Shown: positions 37,963 through 48,589, counted from the stretch's first letter. The stretch: DNA of 64,000 nucleotides from an uncultured Mucilaginibacter sp. (GCA_913775265.1 CAJYJH010000078.1:26342-90341), one strand, 5' to 3'. Notes: generated by a model not told the origin, from the letters alone. Numbers and translations: made by a program.

Positions 37963-39525
37963 TTACAATCCCTCAAAAACAAAAGGCTCTTTCTTAAACG
38001 GTTTGCGCGGAAGCAAATCAGGCCTCACACTGGCTTGATAAACAAATGAGGCAACAATGACGGCGGCTTGTTTTAGGTCGTCCATCTGCAGGTGGTCGTA
38101 GTCGTCCATGTTGCTATGGTGGGTGCGTGTTTCGTAATCAATTTCATCTTGTATAAACTGGAATCCCGGAATGCCTGCCCAGTCAAAAGAGAGATGGTCG
38201 GTCGACCCGGTATTGCTTGGCGTTACCGTTGCAGCACCTAAATCTTTAAAGGGGGTAAACCAACTGGCAAAAATGGGCTGAACTGCCGGATTGTTCTGAG
38301 TATATATACCCCTTATTTTCCCGGTACCATTATCCAGGTTAAAATAGGCCGATATCTTAGCCTGCTTGGGTTTGAACTTGTAAGTCTTAGTATCTATAAA
38401 ATGATTTTTAACATAATTGTAGGAGCCAAACAAACCCTGTTCTTCGCCGTCCCAAAGGGCCAGGCGAATAGTGCGCTTTGGTTTCAAGCCTAATGAGTCA
38501 AGCAGTCGCATGGCCTCCAGCATTACAATACAACCGGCGGCATTGTCGGTAGCTCCGGTGGCTGCCGTCCATGAGTCTAAATGCCCGCCCAGCATCACCA
38601 GTTGCGATTTTAGTTTGACATCCGTACCCGGTATTTCGCCTATTACATTATAGCCTTTAGTATTTTGAGTAGAAAACTTGCCTTTTACCTCACAGGCAAT
38701 TTCAACTTTATGGCCTGATTGGTAAAGGCGTTTAATTTTCTGTGCATCTTCTAACGCAATACTGATTTGTGGCAAAGTTTCCGGGTCCGTTAGTTTGTAA
38801 CCGTAGCTACTTTGCACAAATACGTTTCCGTTAATATTTTGCCTTGCGCTAAAAATGATGGCTAAGGCGCCGGCTTTTTTAAGTGTCATATCAAGTCCGG
38901 CCAGTTTACGCATAAAGGCGATTTCGTTTTCAACATCTTCGCGCTTTTCCATGTACTTATCTTTAAGATAAGCCAATGCAGTATCGGCCAGGCGGGTGGC
39001 GGTAGGCTGAAAGGCCCTATCCGGTTGGGGCGCTTTGCCGGTTAGCAATACAAACTTATCTCTAAAATCAGACATGTGCTTTTGCAGGTAAGCACTATCC
39101 ATGTATTGCTGCGGACTAATAACCACCACTTGCCCTTTTTGTAAACCATTGGTACTGGGCGACCATGGATTTGGGTAGGCTCTAAGCGGCGTTACATACG
39201 GCGCCGTCATACTGATACTGAAAGATTCTAAATCCCACTGCTTTCCAAACTCACCCCAAGGTTCGGTTTTGGCATTGGCTAATCCCCATTTTTTCATGGT
39301 TGCTACGGTCCAGTCGGCAGCACGTCGGTAGCCCTCAGAATTGGTTAACCTCGAGCCGGGTACATCCGTCAGATAATGAGCAATCTGTGGTATTTGCGAA
39401 CTGCTGAACTCTGCACGACGTATGCGGTTAAAAACAGCGGTATCGGGCTGGTCGGCCTGTGCTTGTGCAAAGCAGTAGGGAGCTAAGAAGAGGGCGGGTA
39501 ATAGACTAAATATCAGGCGTTTCAT
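37963..39525 (-). CDS. M28 family metallopeptidase (carboxypeptidase Q-like), secreted
   Basis: Signal peptide; GGHLDSW, GATDNAAG, GEEQGL, NLDNGTG, STDH, THH. Confidence 0.88.
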   Translation of the reverse strand: MKRLIFSLLPALFLAPYCFAQAQADQPDTAVFNRIRRAEFSSSQIPQIAHYLTDVPGSRLTNSEGYRRAADWTVATMKKWGLANAKTEPWGEFGKQWDLESFSISMTAPYVTPLRAYPNPWSPSTNGLQKGQVVVISPQQYMDSAYLQKHMSDFRDKFVLLTGKAPQPDRAFQPTATRLADTALAYLKDKYMEKREDVENEIAFMRKLAGLDMTLKKAGALAIIFSARQNINGNVFVQSSYGYKLTDPETLPQISIALEDAQKIKRLYQSGHKVEIACEVKGKFSTQNTKGYNVIGEIPGTDVKLKSQLVMLGGHLDSWTAATGATDNAAGCIVMLEAMRLLDSLGLKPKRTIRLALWDGEEQGLFGSYNYVKNHFIDTKTYKFKPKQAKISAYFNLDNGTGKIRGIYTQNNPAVQPIFASWFTPFKDLGAATVTPSNTGSTDHLSFDWAGIPGFQFIQDEIDYETRTHHSNMDDYDHLQMDDLKQAAVIVASFVYQASVRPDLLPRKPFKKEPFVFEGL

Positions 39526-39564
39526 ATGCAAGTTGAAAGCCCTTAAATTAATAAAAATTATAAA

Positions 39565-40848
39565 TTAAAATACTTCGCCTACATCTATAAATAACCCGCG
39601 AGATCCTTGTCGGCCAAAGCCATAATCAATGGCAATATTGGTACGTGAGGTTTTGTTAAGTTTAAACCTCAGGCCCGGGCCAATGGCAGGCTGGATACGC
39701 TGCAGGCGGGTGCCGGGCTCGGCTGATAAGGTTTGCGCGTTGGCAAATACCACACCACCAATCAAGCCGTTCTTAGTCAGGTTAAAACGGTATTCGCTTT
39801 CCAGATAAAACATTTGTGCCCCCCTGAACCGGCCCTGTATGTATCCCCGGCCGGTAGCGGAGTTGGGATCCCAAGAACTGCTGGGCAGATTAAGATAAGA
39901 AGGCCGGCCATTTAATACTACCCAATTGTATGACCAAAAAGCCAGTACGTTTTTAGAACCGTAAGGGAAATTGACGTATTTACGCAGGTCGAGAATTAAC
40001 GACCGCCAGTTTTCAGTGCTACCAAACCATTTATTTGTGTTACGGTATTGTAAGCTGCCATACCAGCCCTTTACAGGATTAATAGAGTTGTCGCGCGAAT
40101 CGTGCAGTAAATTAAAGGTAAGCCCCGACGCTACCGAACGTGACGTTTTACCGTAACGTAAATAAGCAGAGGGCTGCCCATCGAGCGGTGTTTCTTGTGA
40201 TATATGCCAATAGGCATCAAAAGCATAACCTAACCCTGCATACCAGTTGCCGCTGATGTGACGCAATGCCGTCTCATAAAAGCGGGCAAACGAAAAATCC
40301 ATTGGTTCTTCGTCTTTGATATTTGAATTGCTCCCTAAACCATAGGTGCTTTGTGGGTATTGATAAAATCGATAATCTCCTACAAAAACATAGTCGTTTT
40401 TTTTAGTCCAGAATGCGGTTTGGATAGGTACAATCACCTGCTTGTTTTGGGTGTAAGATATGCTACCTACTACGGTAGATACACGCGATTTTGGACCGGT
40501 CCGGAATGCGATGTTACCTGATAGCACAAGGGCCAGTTTGGATACCAGCGTATATCCTATAGCGGGCACAATAGATATAATCGGCTTGCTTCCAATAGAA
40601 TCATTTTCTTTAGAAGGTTTGAGATGAAACAACGCCCTGAAAACATCGGGCAAGTCTTTTTGATCGCTTGACGCCGTATCTCTTTTTAGAGTATCAGTTA
40701 CCTTTTTTTTACCGGTGAGCAATTGTGGCAGAGATACACTTCGGTCAGTTTGAGCATTTGCCCTGTCAAATCCTAATCCTGTTAAAAACAGGCAGGCTAA
40801 GGCTGTTTTTAATAACAGCGATAACGAGAATGATCTGGCGCTATTCAT
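39565..40848 (-). CDS. BamA/TamA (Omp85)-like outer-membrane beta-barrel without recognisable POTRA domains
   Basis: DSRDNSINP.KG.Y, GRGYIQGRFRG, ESEYRF, G.GLRF, IAIDYGFG, terminal GEVF. Confidence 0.75.
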   Translation of the reverse strand: MNSARSFSLSLLLKTALACLFLTGLGFDRANAQTDRSVSLPQLLTGKKKVTDTLKRDTASSDQKDLPDVFRALFHLKPSKENDSIGSKPIISIVPAIGYTLVSKLALVLSGNIAFRTGPKSRVSTVVGSISYTQNKQVIVPIQTAFWTKKNDYVFVGDYRFYQYPQSTYGLGSNSNIKDEEPMDFSFARFYETALRHISGNWYAGLGYAFDAYWHISQETPLDGQPSAYLRYGKTSRSVASGLTFNLLHDSRDNSINPVKGWYGSLQYRNTNKWFGSTENWRSLILDLRKYVNFPYGSKNVLAFWSYNWVVLNGRPSYLNLPSSSWDPNSATGRGYIQGRFRGAQMFYLESEYRFNLTKNGLIGGVVFANAQTLSAEPGTRLQRIQPAIGPGLRFKLNKTSRTNIAIDYGFGRQGSRGLFIDVGEVF

Positions 40849-41120
40849 ATCAATAGAGGAACGGCAAAATAAGTGTCAAAATCAAGTGTATTAATTATAT
40901 ACATGCTGTATGCCTATGGTCTAAGTAGCGCATATAATTTCAGACTCAAAATTGAAAATTATTTTTCGCAGTATGATCAGCTTACTCAATTTTTAAAATT
41001 CTTTGAAAGATATTGACGCCATTTTGCTAAATGGCTTATGATTATGTAACCTTATTTTTATAAAAGGCAAAGCTTTTACTGGGTAGTTTAATTCATACCT
41101 TTCCGGTTTCAAGAATTCTG

Positions 41121-42443
41121 ATGATGAAAAGTGCTGTTTATATTGTTTTGCTGGCTGCTCTTCCCTTTTTACAGGTGCAGGCTCAGGCTGTAGATAAATC
41201 AAAAAGTAATACCGCCCAGGACAGGCAACAATTATTGCAGCAACTGCAAATTACCACCCTGCGCCGTGGAACTGATCCCGCTTTGATTAAGGCGTTTGAT
41301 CCAAACAGCGAATTAGGTAAACTGGGTTTATACGGCAAAATTCCGGAAGCGCTGGTTTTAAACAATGGCAAACCCGTAACCACAGCCAAACAGTGGTGGC
41401 AGCAACGCCGCCCCGAATTAGTAGAGTTTTTCGACCGGGAAATTTACGGTCGGGTGCCGAAAAATATGCCGAAGGTTACCTGGACTGTAGATAGTCGGGT
41501 TAATGCTATGCACCACCAGGTGCCGGTAATAATCAAAATCTTAAAGGGGCATGTGGATAACAGTAGTTATCCGGCTGTAAATGTGGATATACAACTAGTC
41601 ATTACACAACCGGCAAAAATCAAAAAGCCGGTGCCGGTAATGATGGAGCTTAGCTTTCCTGAGGATTTCAGGCAATTAACCGGCCCTGCCGATACCACCA
41701 ATTTATGGCAGGATGAGGTATTGGCTAAAGGGTGGGCGTACGCTATGCTGCTGCCCGTAAGCATTCAGACTGATAACGGCGCCGGGCTTACGCAAGGCAT
41801 CATTGGGTTGATGAACAAAGGGCAGTTTCGAAAACCGGACGATTGGGGCGCGGTACGTGCTTGGGCCTGGGGCGCCAGTCGCGCATTAGATTATATAGAA
41901 ACCGACCACTCGCTTGATGCCAAAAAGGTGGCTTTAGAAGGTCATTCGCGATACGGTAAAACCGTGTTGGTGGCTATGGCTTATGATCCGCGCTTTGCCA
42001 TGGTCTATAGTAGTTCATCGGGCGAGGGTGGAGCCAAGCTGCACCGTCATAACGCCGGAGAGCAGGTAGAAAATATTTGCTCTACGGGAGCCTACCACTG
42101 GATGGCCGGTAATTTTCTAAAATATGCCGGTCCGCTCAATTGTACCGACTTGCCTATTGATGCACACGAACTGATTGCATTAGCTGCTCCCCGCCCGGTT
42201 TTTATAGGCGTTGGCGCAAATAAGGATGACTGGGCCGGGCCCAAGGGAACCTTTATGGCCGAAGTCTCCGCTGGTCCCGTATACCGTTTATTAGGTAAAA
42301 AAGATTTAGGCACTACTAATTATCCGGCAGTCGACCAAATGGTAGCCAGCGGCGATCTGGCTTTCCGGTTGCACCATGGTGGGCACACCCCAGCACTAAA
42401 CTGGCCGTACTTTATTGAATTTGCCTCAAAATACTGGAAATAG
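41121..42443 (+). CDS. CE15 glucuronoyl-esterase-like carbohydrate esterase, secreted
   Basis: WGA.RAWAWGASRALDY, nucleophile motif GHSRYGK, SSGEGG, H.LIAL.APRP, GGH. Confidence 0.85.
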   Translation: MMKSAVYIVLLAALPFLQVQAQAVDKSKSNTAQDRQQLLQQLQITTLRRGTDPALIKAFDPNSELGKLGLYGKIPEALVLNNGKPVTTAKQWWQQRRPELVEFFDREIYGRVPKNMPKVTWTVDSRVNAMHHQVPVIIKILKGHVDNSSYPAVNVDIQLVITQPAKIKKPVPVMMELSFPEDFRQLTGPADTTNLWQDEVLAKGWAYAMLLPVSIQTDNGAGLTQGIIGLMNKGQFRKPDDWGAVRAWAWGASRALDYIETDHSLDAKKVALEGHSRYGKTVLVAMAYDPRFAMVYSSSSGEGGAKLHRHNAGEQVENICSTGAYHWMAGNFLKYAGPLNCTDLPIDAHELIALAAPRPVFIGVGANKDDWAGPKGTFMAEVSAGPVYRLLGKKDLGTTNYPAVDQMVASGDLAFRLHHGGHTPALNWPYFIEFASKYWK

Positions 42444-42464
42444 GTATTTATTAGAGCAAAATAA

Positions 42465-42508
42465 AAGCCCATGCGTCCAACTGCTAAAGCTATTGGACAC
42501 ATGGGCTT
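42465..42508. terminator. Bidirectional terminator between the CE15 gene and the RND operon
   Basis: AAGCCCATG.GTCCAA / TTGGAC.CATGGGCTT. Confidence 0.65.
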
Positions 42509-42527
42509 ATTTATTTGTGATGGTTAT

Positions 42528-43940
42528 TTAATTCCAGCCACCGCCTAACGAGCGGTATAAATCTGATACAGCGTACAACTGGTCGCGTTTAATAGAAGCC
42601 AGTTCCAATTCGCTTTGCAATACATTACCCTGGGCGGTGATTACCTCCAGGTAGTTAGCCATACCGTTTTTAAACAGTTGGTTGGCGTTCAAGGTGGCTT
42701 GTTGCAGCGTTTTAACACGTTCGGCAGCAATTTGCTGTTGCTGCTGAAGCTTTTCAACCCGTACTAACGCGTCGGACACTTCGCCAACAGCAGTAAGCAC
42801 AGTTTGCCTGAATTGCAATACCGTTCTTTCGCGGGTAACTTTAGCCATTTGGTAATTAGTGCTTAATACCTTACGGTTGAGTAAAGGTTGCACTACGCTA
42901 CCGGTTACAATGCCGAACAATGAGGCTGGTACGTTAAACCAGTTGCTGGCTTTAAACGAGTTGATACCTCCGTTTGCTGTAATACGTAACGCCGGGTACA
43001 TTTCGGCTTTTGCAAGTCCCACGTTGGCATTGGCAATGGTCAAATCCAGTTCGGCACTCTTCACATCAGGGCGGCGGCTTAATATGGCTGATGGCACACC
43101 GGCGGTAACAGGAGCAGCGACCGTCATTTGCGTCAACGCCGTTGCCCGGTTAATACTGGATGGCAATTTGCCCGCCAACACGCTTAGCGCATTTTCCTGC
43201 AGGGTAATGTTTTGTTCAAACTGCGGGATCAGTTTTTGAGCTGCCTGTTGTTGTGCCTGGGCTTGTTGTACCGCTAACAAGGTAACCTGACCGGCATCAT
43301 ACTGTAGTTTAACAATACGCACTGTGCTGTCGTTTAAACGCTCGTTCTTTCTGGCAACATTCAACTGCTCATCCAGCATCAGCAGATTATAATACCCCTG
43401 CGAAACAGCAGCAACAATCTGGGTTTGTATAGCTTTACGCGCTTCCTGGGTTTGCAGGTACTCGGCCAAAGCCGCTTGCTGACGAGTGCGGATCTTACCC
43501 CAAATGTCGGTCTCCCAAGCTAATTGTAAGCTGGCTGAGTAATCTTCAATGTGCTTACTGCCAATATTAAACTGACGGATGCTGACACCAGTAATGCTAT
43601 TATCAGAAGGGCGATTACTGCTGGCTGATATGTTAACACTGGCCTGCGGAACGTAATCCCATTTTACACGACGGAACAAAAGGTTCGCCGATTCGATATT
43701 TTTCAGCGCTATTTGCAGGTCATAGTTTTTATTGATAGCGCTGTCCAGCAGTTGCTGTAATTGCCGATCTGTAAAAAAGCTCTTCCAGGGTATACTTGCA
43801 ATGCTGGTCGTATCACCGGCATGCGTATCATTCCTGAAAGCCGTAGGTAGGGCGGGGGTGGGCGTTACCGTGTCTTTGGTAACCTTACAGGCACTCAATA
43901 CAAAAAGTATCAAGGCCGGTAATAAATATTTAGTTTTCAT
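42528..43940 (-). CDS. RND efflux outer-membrane lipoprotein (NodT/TolC family)
   Basis: Lipobox LSAC from the ATG at 43940; WETDIWGK, RRPDV..AE, YLEV..AQ, LYRSLGGGW. Confidence 0.92.
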   Translation of the reverse strand: MKTKYLLPALILFVLSACKVTKDTVTPTPALPTAFRNDTHAGDTTSIASIPWKSFFTDRQLQQLLDSAINKNYDLQIALKNIESANLLFRRVKWDYVPQASVNISASSNRPSDNSITGVSIRQFNIGSKHIEDYSASLQLAWETDIWGKIRTRQQAALAEYLQTQEARKAIQTQIVAAVSQGYYNLLMLDEQLNVARKNERLNDSTVRIVKLQYDAGQVTLLAVQQAQAQQQAAQKLIPQFEQNITLQENALSVLAGKLPSSINRATALTQMTVAAPVTAGVPSAILSRRPDVKSAELDLTIANANVGLAKAEMYPALRITANGGINSFKASNWFNVPASLFGIVTGSVVQPLLNRKVLSTNYQMAKVTRERTVLQFRQTVLTAVGEVSDALVRVEKLQQQQQIAAERVKTLQQATLNANQLFKNGMANYLEVITAQGNVLQSELELASIKRDQLYAVSDLYRSLGGGWN

Positions 43941-43965
43941 GACTTTTGCTGATAAAAAATTGTGA

Positions 43966-46900
43966 TTAATAGTCTTGAAGCTGGTAGGGTTGAGGTTGAT
44001 TTTGATCTGGTGACGATGCATTGTCGTCCCTGTTCAGCACCGCTAAAGGCACACCGGTAATACGTTCCTGTAAACCCTGGAAAATCACGAATAGCACAGG
44101 GATGATAAACAAGCCGAGTACTACACCCGAAACCATGCCACCGGCTGCACTCATACTGATGGAGTGGTTACCCTGTGCAGACGGACCGGTAGCAATACTC
44201 ATCGGGAACAGTCCGAATACGAAGGCTAACGATGTCATCACAATAGGGCGGAGCCTTAATCTGGAAGCTTCAAGTGCTGAATCGATTAATCCATGACCAG
44301 CTTTGCGGCGCTGAACGGCAAACTCTACAATCAGGATGGCGTTTTTTGCCAGCAAGCCGATAAGCATAATAAGGGCTACCTGAACGTAAATGTTGTTTTC
44401 GATGCCGGTAAAACCTAATACCACAAAAACACCTAAAATGCCGGTTGGAATAGAAAGGATGACGGCCAAAGGCAACAAATAGCTTTCGTATTGTGCAGAG
44501 AGCAGAAAGTATACAAACACCAGACACAAGGCAAATACAATGGCCGATTGACCACCTGATGAAATCTCCTCACGTGTTTGACCGGAGAATTCAAATGCAA
44601 AGCCTTGCGGAAGTTGCTCTTTAGCCGTTTCTTGTATAGCGCGGATGGCATCACCTGAACTGTAGCCCGGTTTAGGGATGGCATTAATCTGGATAGAGTT
44701 AAACAGGTTGTAACGAGATGCCGTTTCGGAACCGTAAACTCGGGTGAGGTTTACCAGCGTATTGATGGGCACCATTTCGCCTTGTTTGTTTTTTACAAAT
44801 ACCCGGTCAATAGAAGCCGGATCGGTACGGTCGGCAATATCAGCTTGTACTACTACACGATAGTATTTACCAAAGCGGTTAAAATCTGATGCCTGGGCAC
44901 TACCAAAGTAGGCCTGCATGGTTTGCAGAATATCTTTAACACTAACGCCTAATTGGTTAGCCTTATCATCATTCACCTCCAATTGGAGCTGAGGGTAATC
45001 AGCTTTAAAAGATGTGAAAGCGTAAGCAATTTCCTTTTTCTGCATCAGCTTACCAATAAAGTTGTTGGCAATACCGCTAAACTTGTCCAGCTTACCGCCG
45101 GTTTTATCCTGCAATACAAAATCAAGTGCCTCTACGTTACTAAAGCCTGGTACAGTCGGGAAACTGAACACAAAGAAAGTACCGCCGGTTACACTCGCCA
45201 GTTGCCCCCTGATTTCGTTTTGGATGGCTTCAATATCTTTTACCTTGCCGCGCTCTTCGTTAGGTTTTAATAACACAAACGCTACTGCAGACGATGGACT
45301 GTTGGAATTGGTTAACAAGTTGAACCCTACAATTGACGTAACAAAGCGTGACGACGGCAGAGCGCGTAATTTATCTTCGGCAACCTGTAAAACTTTGGTT
45401 GTTCCGTCTAACGATGTACCTGATGGCGTGGAAACCGAGATAGCCACAAAGCCCTGATCTTCGGTAGGTATAAAGCCCGATTTGGTGGTGCTTACCATAT
45501 AAACGGTAACTGCAGTTACTACGGCTAAGGCACCCATACTTAACCATTTGTGTTTAACCAACAATTTAAGGCCACCTACATAACGATTAGTAATGTTGTT
45601 AAAGGCATTATTAAAGCCTGCATAAAAGCGGTCTTTAAAGCCTTTTTTAGTTTGGTGTTCGCCGGCTGGAGCGTGGTTGCTTTTCAAAAATAAAGCTGCC
45701 AGGGCGGGGCTTAAAGTCAACGCGTTTACTGCCGAGATTACGATGGCGATAGACATCGTAAAGGCAAACTGCCGGTAAAATATACCGGTTGAGCCGGTCA
45801 TGAAACCTACAGGTAAAAACACGGCCGCCATTACCAGAGTGATGGATATGATCGCACCGGTAATTTCGTTCATAGCTTTGGTGGTAGCTGCCTTAGGTGC
45901 CAGGTGTTCATGTTCCATTTTAGCATGCACAGCTTCGACCACCACAATGGCATCATCCACCACAATACCAATAGCCAGTACTAAAGCAAACAGTGTGAGC
46001 AGGTTGATGGAGAACCCAAATAAGTTCATGAAAAAGAACGTACCCAAAATGGCAACCGGAACAGCAATGGCTGGAATGAGTGTGGAGCGGAAATCCTGCA
46101 AGAAAATGAATACCACAATAAACACCAGTATAAAAGCCTCAACCAAAGTATGTTCTACCTGATTAATGGACTCGTCCAGCGCGGTCTTAGTGCGGTAAAA
46201 CTGGTTATATTTAATTCCAGCCGGAAAATCCTTTGAGGCTTTTTCCATCACCTTGTCAACCGCTATTTGGATATCGTTGGCGTTAGAACCTGCTAACTGA
46301 ATTAAGCCGATAGCAATACCGTCTTTGCCGTTTAAGTGGGTAACGCTGGTGTATGAGTACGCACCTAATTCTACTCGGGCTACATCTTTTAAGTGCAGTA
46401 TCGAACCGTCTGCATTAGCACGGATGGCAATATTATCATAGTCTTCGGGGCGGGTAAGCTTGCCTTTGTATTTAATAACATATTCAAACACTTCTTTACT
46501 GCGTTCACCCAATTTACCCGGAGCAGCTTCCAGGTTTTTATCCTGAATGGCGGCCATCACTTCAGCTGGCGTAATTTTATAAGCTGCCATTTGATTAGGG
46601 TTCAACCAAACGCGCATCGAGTAATCTTTTACCCCGCCAAAAATGGAAGCCGAACCAATACCCGGAATACGTTTAATTTCGGGGATGATGTTGATTTGGG
46701 CATAGTTAGCCACGAAGGTTTGGTCGTACTTTTTAGGGTCCTCGGTATAAATACCAACCGCACCAATCAAACTGTTTTGTTGTTTAGTGGTGGTAATACC
46801 CTGTTGCACTACCTCGGCAGGAAGTTGACTGGTGGCTTGAGCTACCCGGTTTTGTACGTTTACCGCCGCTTGATCGGGGTTGGTACCTTGTTTAAAATAA

Positions 46901-47175
46901 ACAGTAATGGCTAAAGATCCGTCGTTACTGGCGGTAGAACTCATGTAGCTCATGTTTTCTACACCGTTGATAGATTCCTCAAGCGATGGAGCAACCGAGC
47001 GTAATACCGTTTCGGCATTAGCGCCAGGGTAAATGGCCGTAACCAATACCGCCGGAGGCGCAATATCCGGAAACTGCTGCAAGGGCAGTTTAAACAGCCC
47101 AAGTACACCCACAATCACCAATAAGATGGAGATTACGGTAGAGAGTACCGGCCTTTCTATAAATTTTTGAAACAT
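43966..47175 (-). CDS. RND efflux permease (HAE1, AcrB-like)
   Basis: FIERPV, QFPDIAPP, GIVVDDAIVVVE, GLLAKNAILIVEF, RLRPIVMTSLAF. Confidence 0.96.
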   Translation of the reverse strand: MFQKFIERPVLSTVISILLVIVGVLGLFKLPLQQFPDIAPPAVLVTAIYPGANAETVLRSVAPSLEESINGVENMSYMSSTASNDGSLAITVYFKQGTNPDQAAVNVQNRVAQATSQLPAEVVQQGITTTKQQNSLIGAVGIYTEDPKKYDQTFVANYAQINIIPEIKRIPGIGSASIFGGVKDYSMRVWLNPNQMAAYKITPAEVMAAIQDKNLEAAPGKLGERSKEVFEYVIKYKGKLTRPEDYDNIAIRANADGSILHLKDVARVELGAYSYTSVTHLNGKDGIAIGLIQLAGSNANDIQIAVDKVMEKASKDFPAGIKYNQFYRTKTALDESINQVEHTLVEAFILVFIVVFIFLQDFRSTLIPAIAVPVAILGTFFFMNLFGFSINLLTLFALVLAIGIVVDDAIVVVEAVHAKMEHEHLAPKAATTKAMNEITGAIISITLVMAAVFLPVGFMTGSTGIFYRQFAFTMSIAIVISAVNALTLSPALAALFLKSNHAPAGEHQTKKGFKDRFYAGFNNAFNNITNRYVGGLKLLVKHKWLSMGALAVVTAVTVYMVSTTKSGFIPTEDQGFVAISVSTPSGTSLDGTTKVLQVAEDKLRALPSSRFVTSIVGFNLLTNSNSPSSAVAFVLLKPNEERGKVKDIEAIQNEIRGQLASVTGGTFFVFSFPTVPGFSNVEALDFVLQDKTGGKLDKFSGIANNFIGKLMQKKEIAYAFTSFKADYPQLQLEVNDDKANQLGVSVKDILQTMQAYFGSAQASDFNRFGKYYRVVVQADIADRTDPASIDRVFVKNKQGEMVPINTLVNLTRVYGSETASRYNLFNSIQINAIPKPGYSSGDAIRAIQETAKEQLPQGFAFEFSGQTREEISSGGQSAIVFALCLVFVYFLLSAQYESYLLPLAVILSIPTGILGVFVVLGFTGIENNIYVQVALIMLIGLLAKNAILIVEFAVQRRKAGHGLIDSALEASRLRLRPIVMTSLAFVFGLFPMSIATGPSAQGNHSISMSAAGGMVSGVVLGLFIIPVLFVIFQGLQERITGVPLAVLNRDDNASSPDQNQPQPYQLQDY

Positions 47176-47200
47176 GACGTTGAAGTTTTAGCGTGAAGGG

Positions 47201-48337
47201 TTATTTTTTGGTAACGGCTGCAATTTTGTCGGCGGGTTTATCCGGACGGATCACGGCGCCTTCCTGCAAGTGGTCAATACCGCTTAATACAATCTGATCG
47301 CCGGCTTTAAGACCTTCGGTTACTAAGTAGTTGTCGCCGCTTTTGCCGCCAATAACAATAGGAACTCTTTTTACTTTATTGCTGTCGGCCAAGGCAAATA
47401 CAAACACCTTGTCCTGCATTTCTATCGTGGCCGACTCCGGCACTACCAGTACATTACTATGCTGTAAGCTCAAACGTATTTTACCAGTATTACCAGAGCG
47501 TAGTAAGCCGTTTGGATTGATGAAGTTAGCCCGAAGTGTAATAGCTCCGGTAGTTTTATCAAACTGACCATCAATCATATCAATATGGCCTGCTTTAGCA
47601 TAAGCGCTTCCATCGGCTAATAATAAGTTTACCGGCGGCAGGTGCTTCAATTTATCTTTTAAAGTTTCGCCGGGATACTGCTCTTTAAAGTGCACAAAGT
47701 CTTTTTCGCCTAAAGAGAAATATACATGCACATTATGTACGTCCGACAGTTGAGTAAGCTCCTGTGCATCTTGCGGACTAACCAGGCTACCTTGTTTTTT
47801 AAGTAGGCGGCCAATGTAGCCACTAACCGGTGCCTTAATTAAAGTGTAGCCTAAGTTGATTCGGGCTGTTGATACATTTGCTCTGGCCGACTCTACGTTG
47901 GCTTTGGCTACTTGGTAAGCTGCCTGCGCATTTTTTAACTGGTAGTCTGATACCACTTTATTAGCTACCAGCGGCGTTAATTTATTGACATCCAACTGTG
48001 CGTTGGTTTGTGCGGCCTCAGCAGCATGTAAGCTGGCCAGTGCATTGTTAAGCGCTGCGCGGAAAGGCTGCTCGTTTATTTTAAATATACGCTGACCGGC
48101 AGAAACATAAGCGCCTTCGTCTACATATACTCTATCCAGTGCGCCGCTTACCTGCGGGCGTACTTCTACGTTAACGGTACCCTCTATTGAGGCTGGATAT
48201 TCTTGATAGGTAGTTTGTGTGGCCGAATTTACGCTGGTTACCGGCAGTAGCGGTGGGGGCGGAGCTTGAGCAGCTTCGGGTTTGGGTTTGCAACTATATA
48301 AGGTGAAAATGCTGATGGCTAAAATGAGATTTTTCAT
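47201..48337 (-). CDS. RND membrane-fusion protein
   Basis: Lipobox LYSC; VEVRPQVSG, lipoyl-like IKAPVSGYIG, TTGAITLRA.F.NP..LLRSG. Confidence 0.94.
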   Translation of the reverse strand: MKNLILAISIFTLYSCKPKPEAAQAPPPPLLPVTSVNSATQTTYQEYPASIEGTVNVEVRPQVSGALDRVYVDEGAYVSAGQRIFKINEQPFRAALNNALASLHAAEAAQTNAQLDVNKLTPLVANKVVSDYQLKNAQAAYQVAKANVESARANVSTARINLGYTLIKAPVSGYIGRLLKKQGSLVSPQDAQELTQLSDVHNVHVYFSLGEKDFVHFKEQYPGETLKDKLKHLPPVNLLLADGSAYAKAGHIDMIDGQFDKTTGAITLRANFINPNGLLRSGNTGKIRLSLQHSNVLVVPESATIEMQDKVFVFALADSNKVKRVPIVIGGKSGDNYLVTEGLKAGDQIVLSGIDHLQEGAVIRPDKPADKIAAVTKK

Positions 48338-48465
48338 GATGTTGTTATTTGGCGTAAGTGTGGATATAGGATAGTTTAATAATTAAGCAGTTTGATGATT
48401 TGATTAATGAGTGGTGCACTGTCTGAGGCTAATTGCCATAATGTTGATTTAATATTATTAAATCG

Positions 48466-48480
48466 TTTAACAGTGTTAAA
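48466..48480. promoter_or_regulatory. Putative TetR operator 1
   Basis: Perfect palindrome TTTAACA-G-TGTTAAA upstream of the MFP gene. Confidence 0.7.
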
Positions 48481-48540
48481 TTTATGTGACAGGCAATTGG
48501 GTTTAGCTTTCATGATGTTGAGATTTGTTTAATTTTTATA

Positions 48541-48555
48541 TTTAACAGCGTTAAA
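48541..48555. promoter_or_regulatory. Putative TetR operator 2, with a further half-site at 48560
   Basis: TTTAACAGCGTTAAA (one mismatch) followed by TTTAACACTGT. Confidence 0.6.
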
Positions 48556-48589
48556 TAGTTTAACACTGTATATTTTATCAGAAAAAAAT

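Noticed and set aside
46393-46914. 173-aa plus-strand ORF inside the RND permease
   Set aside because: Antisense shadow of a well-conserved gene; no recognisable motif.
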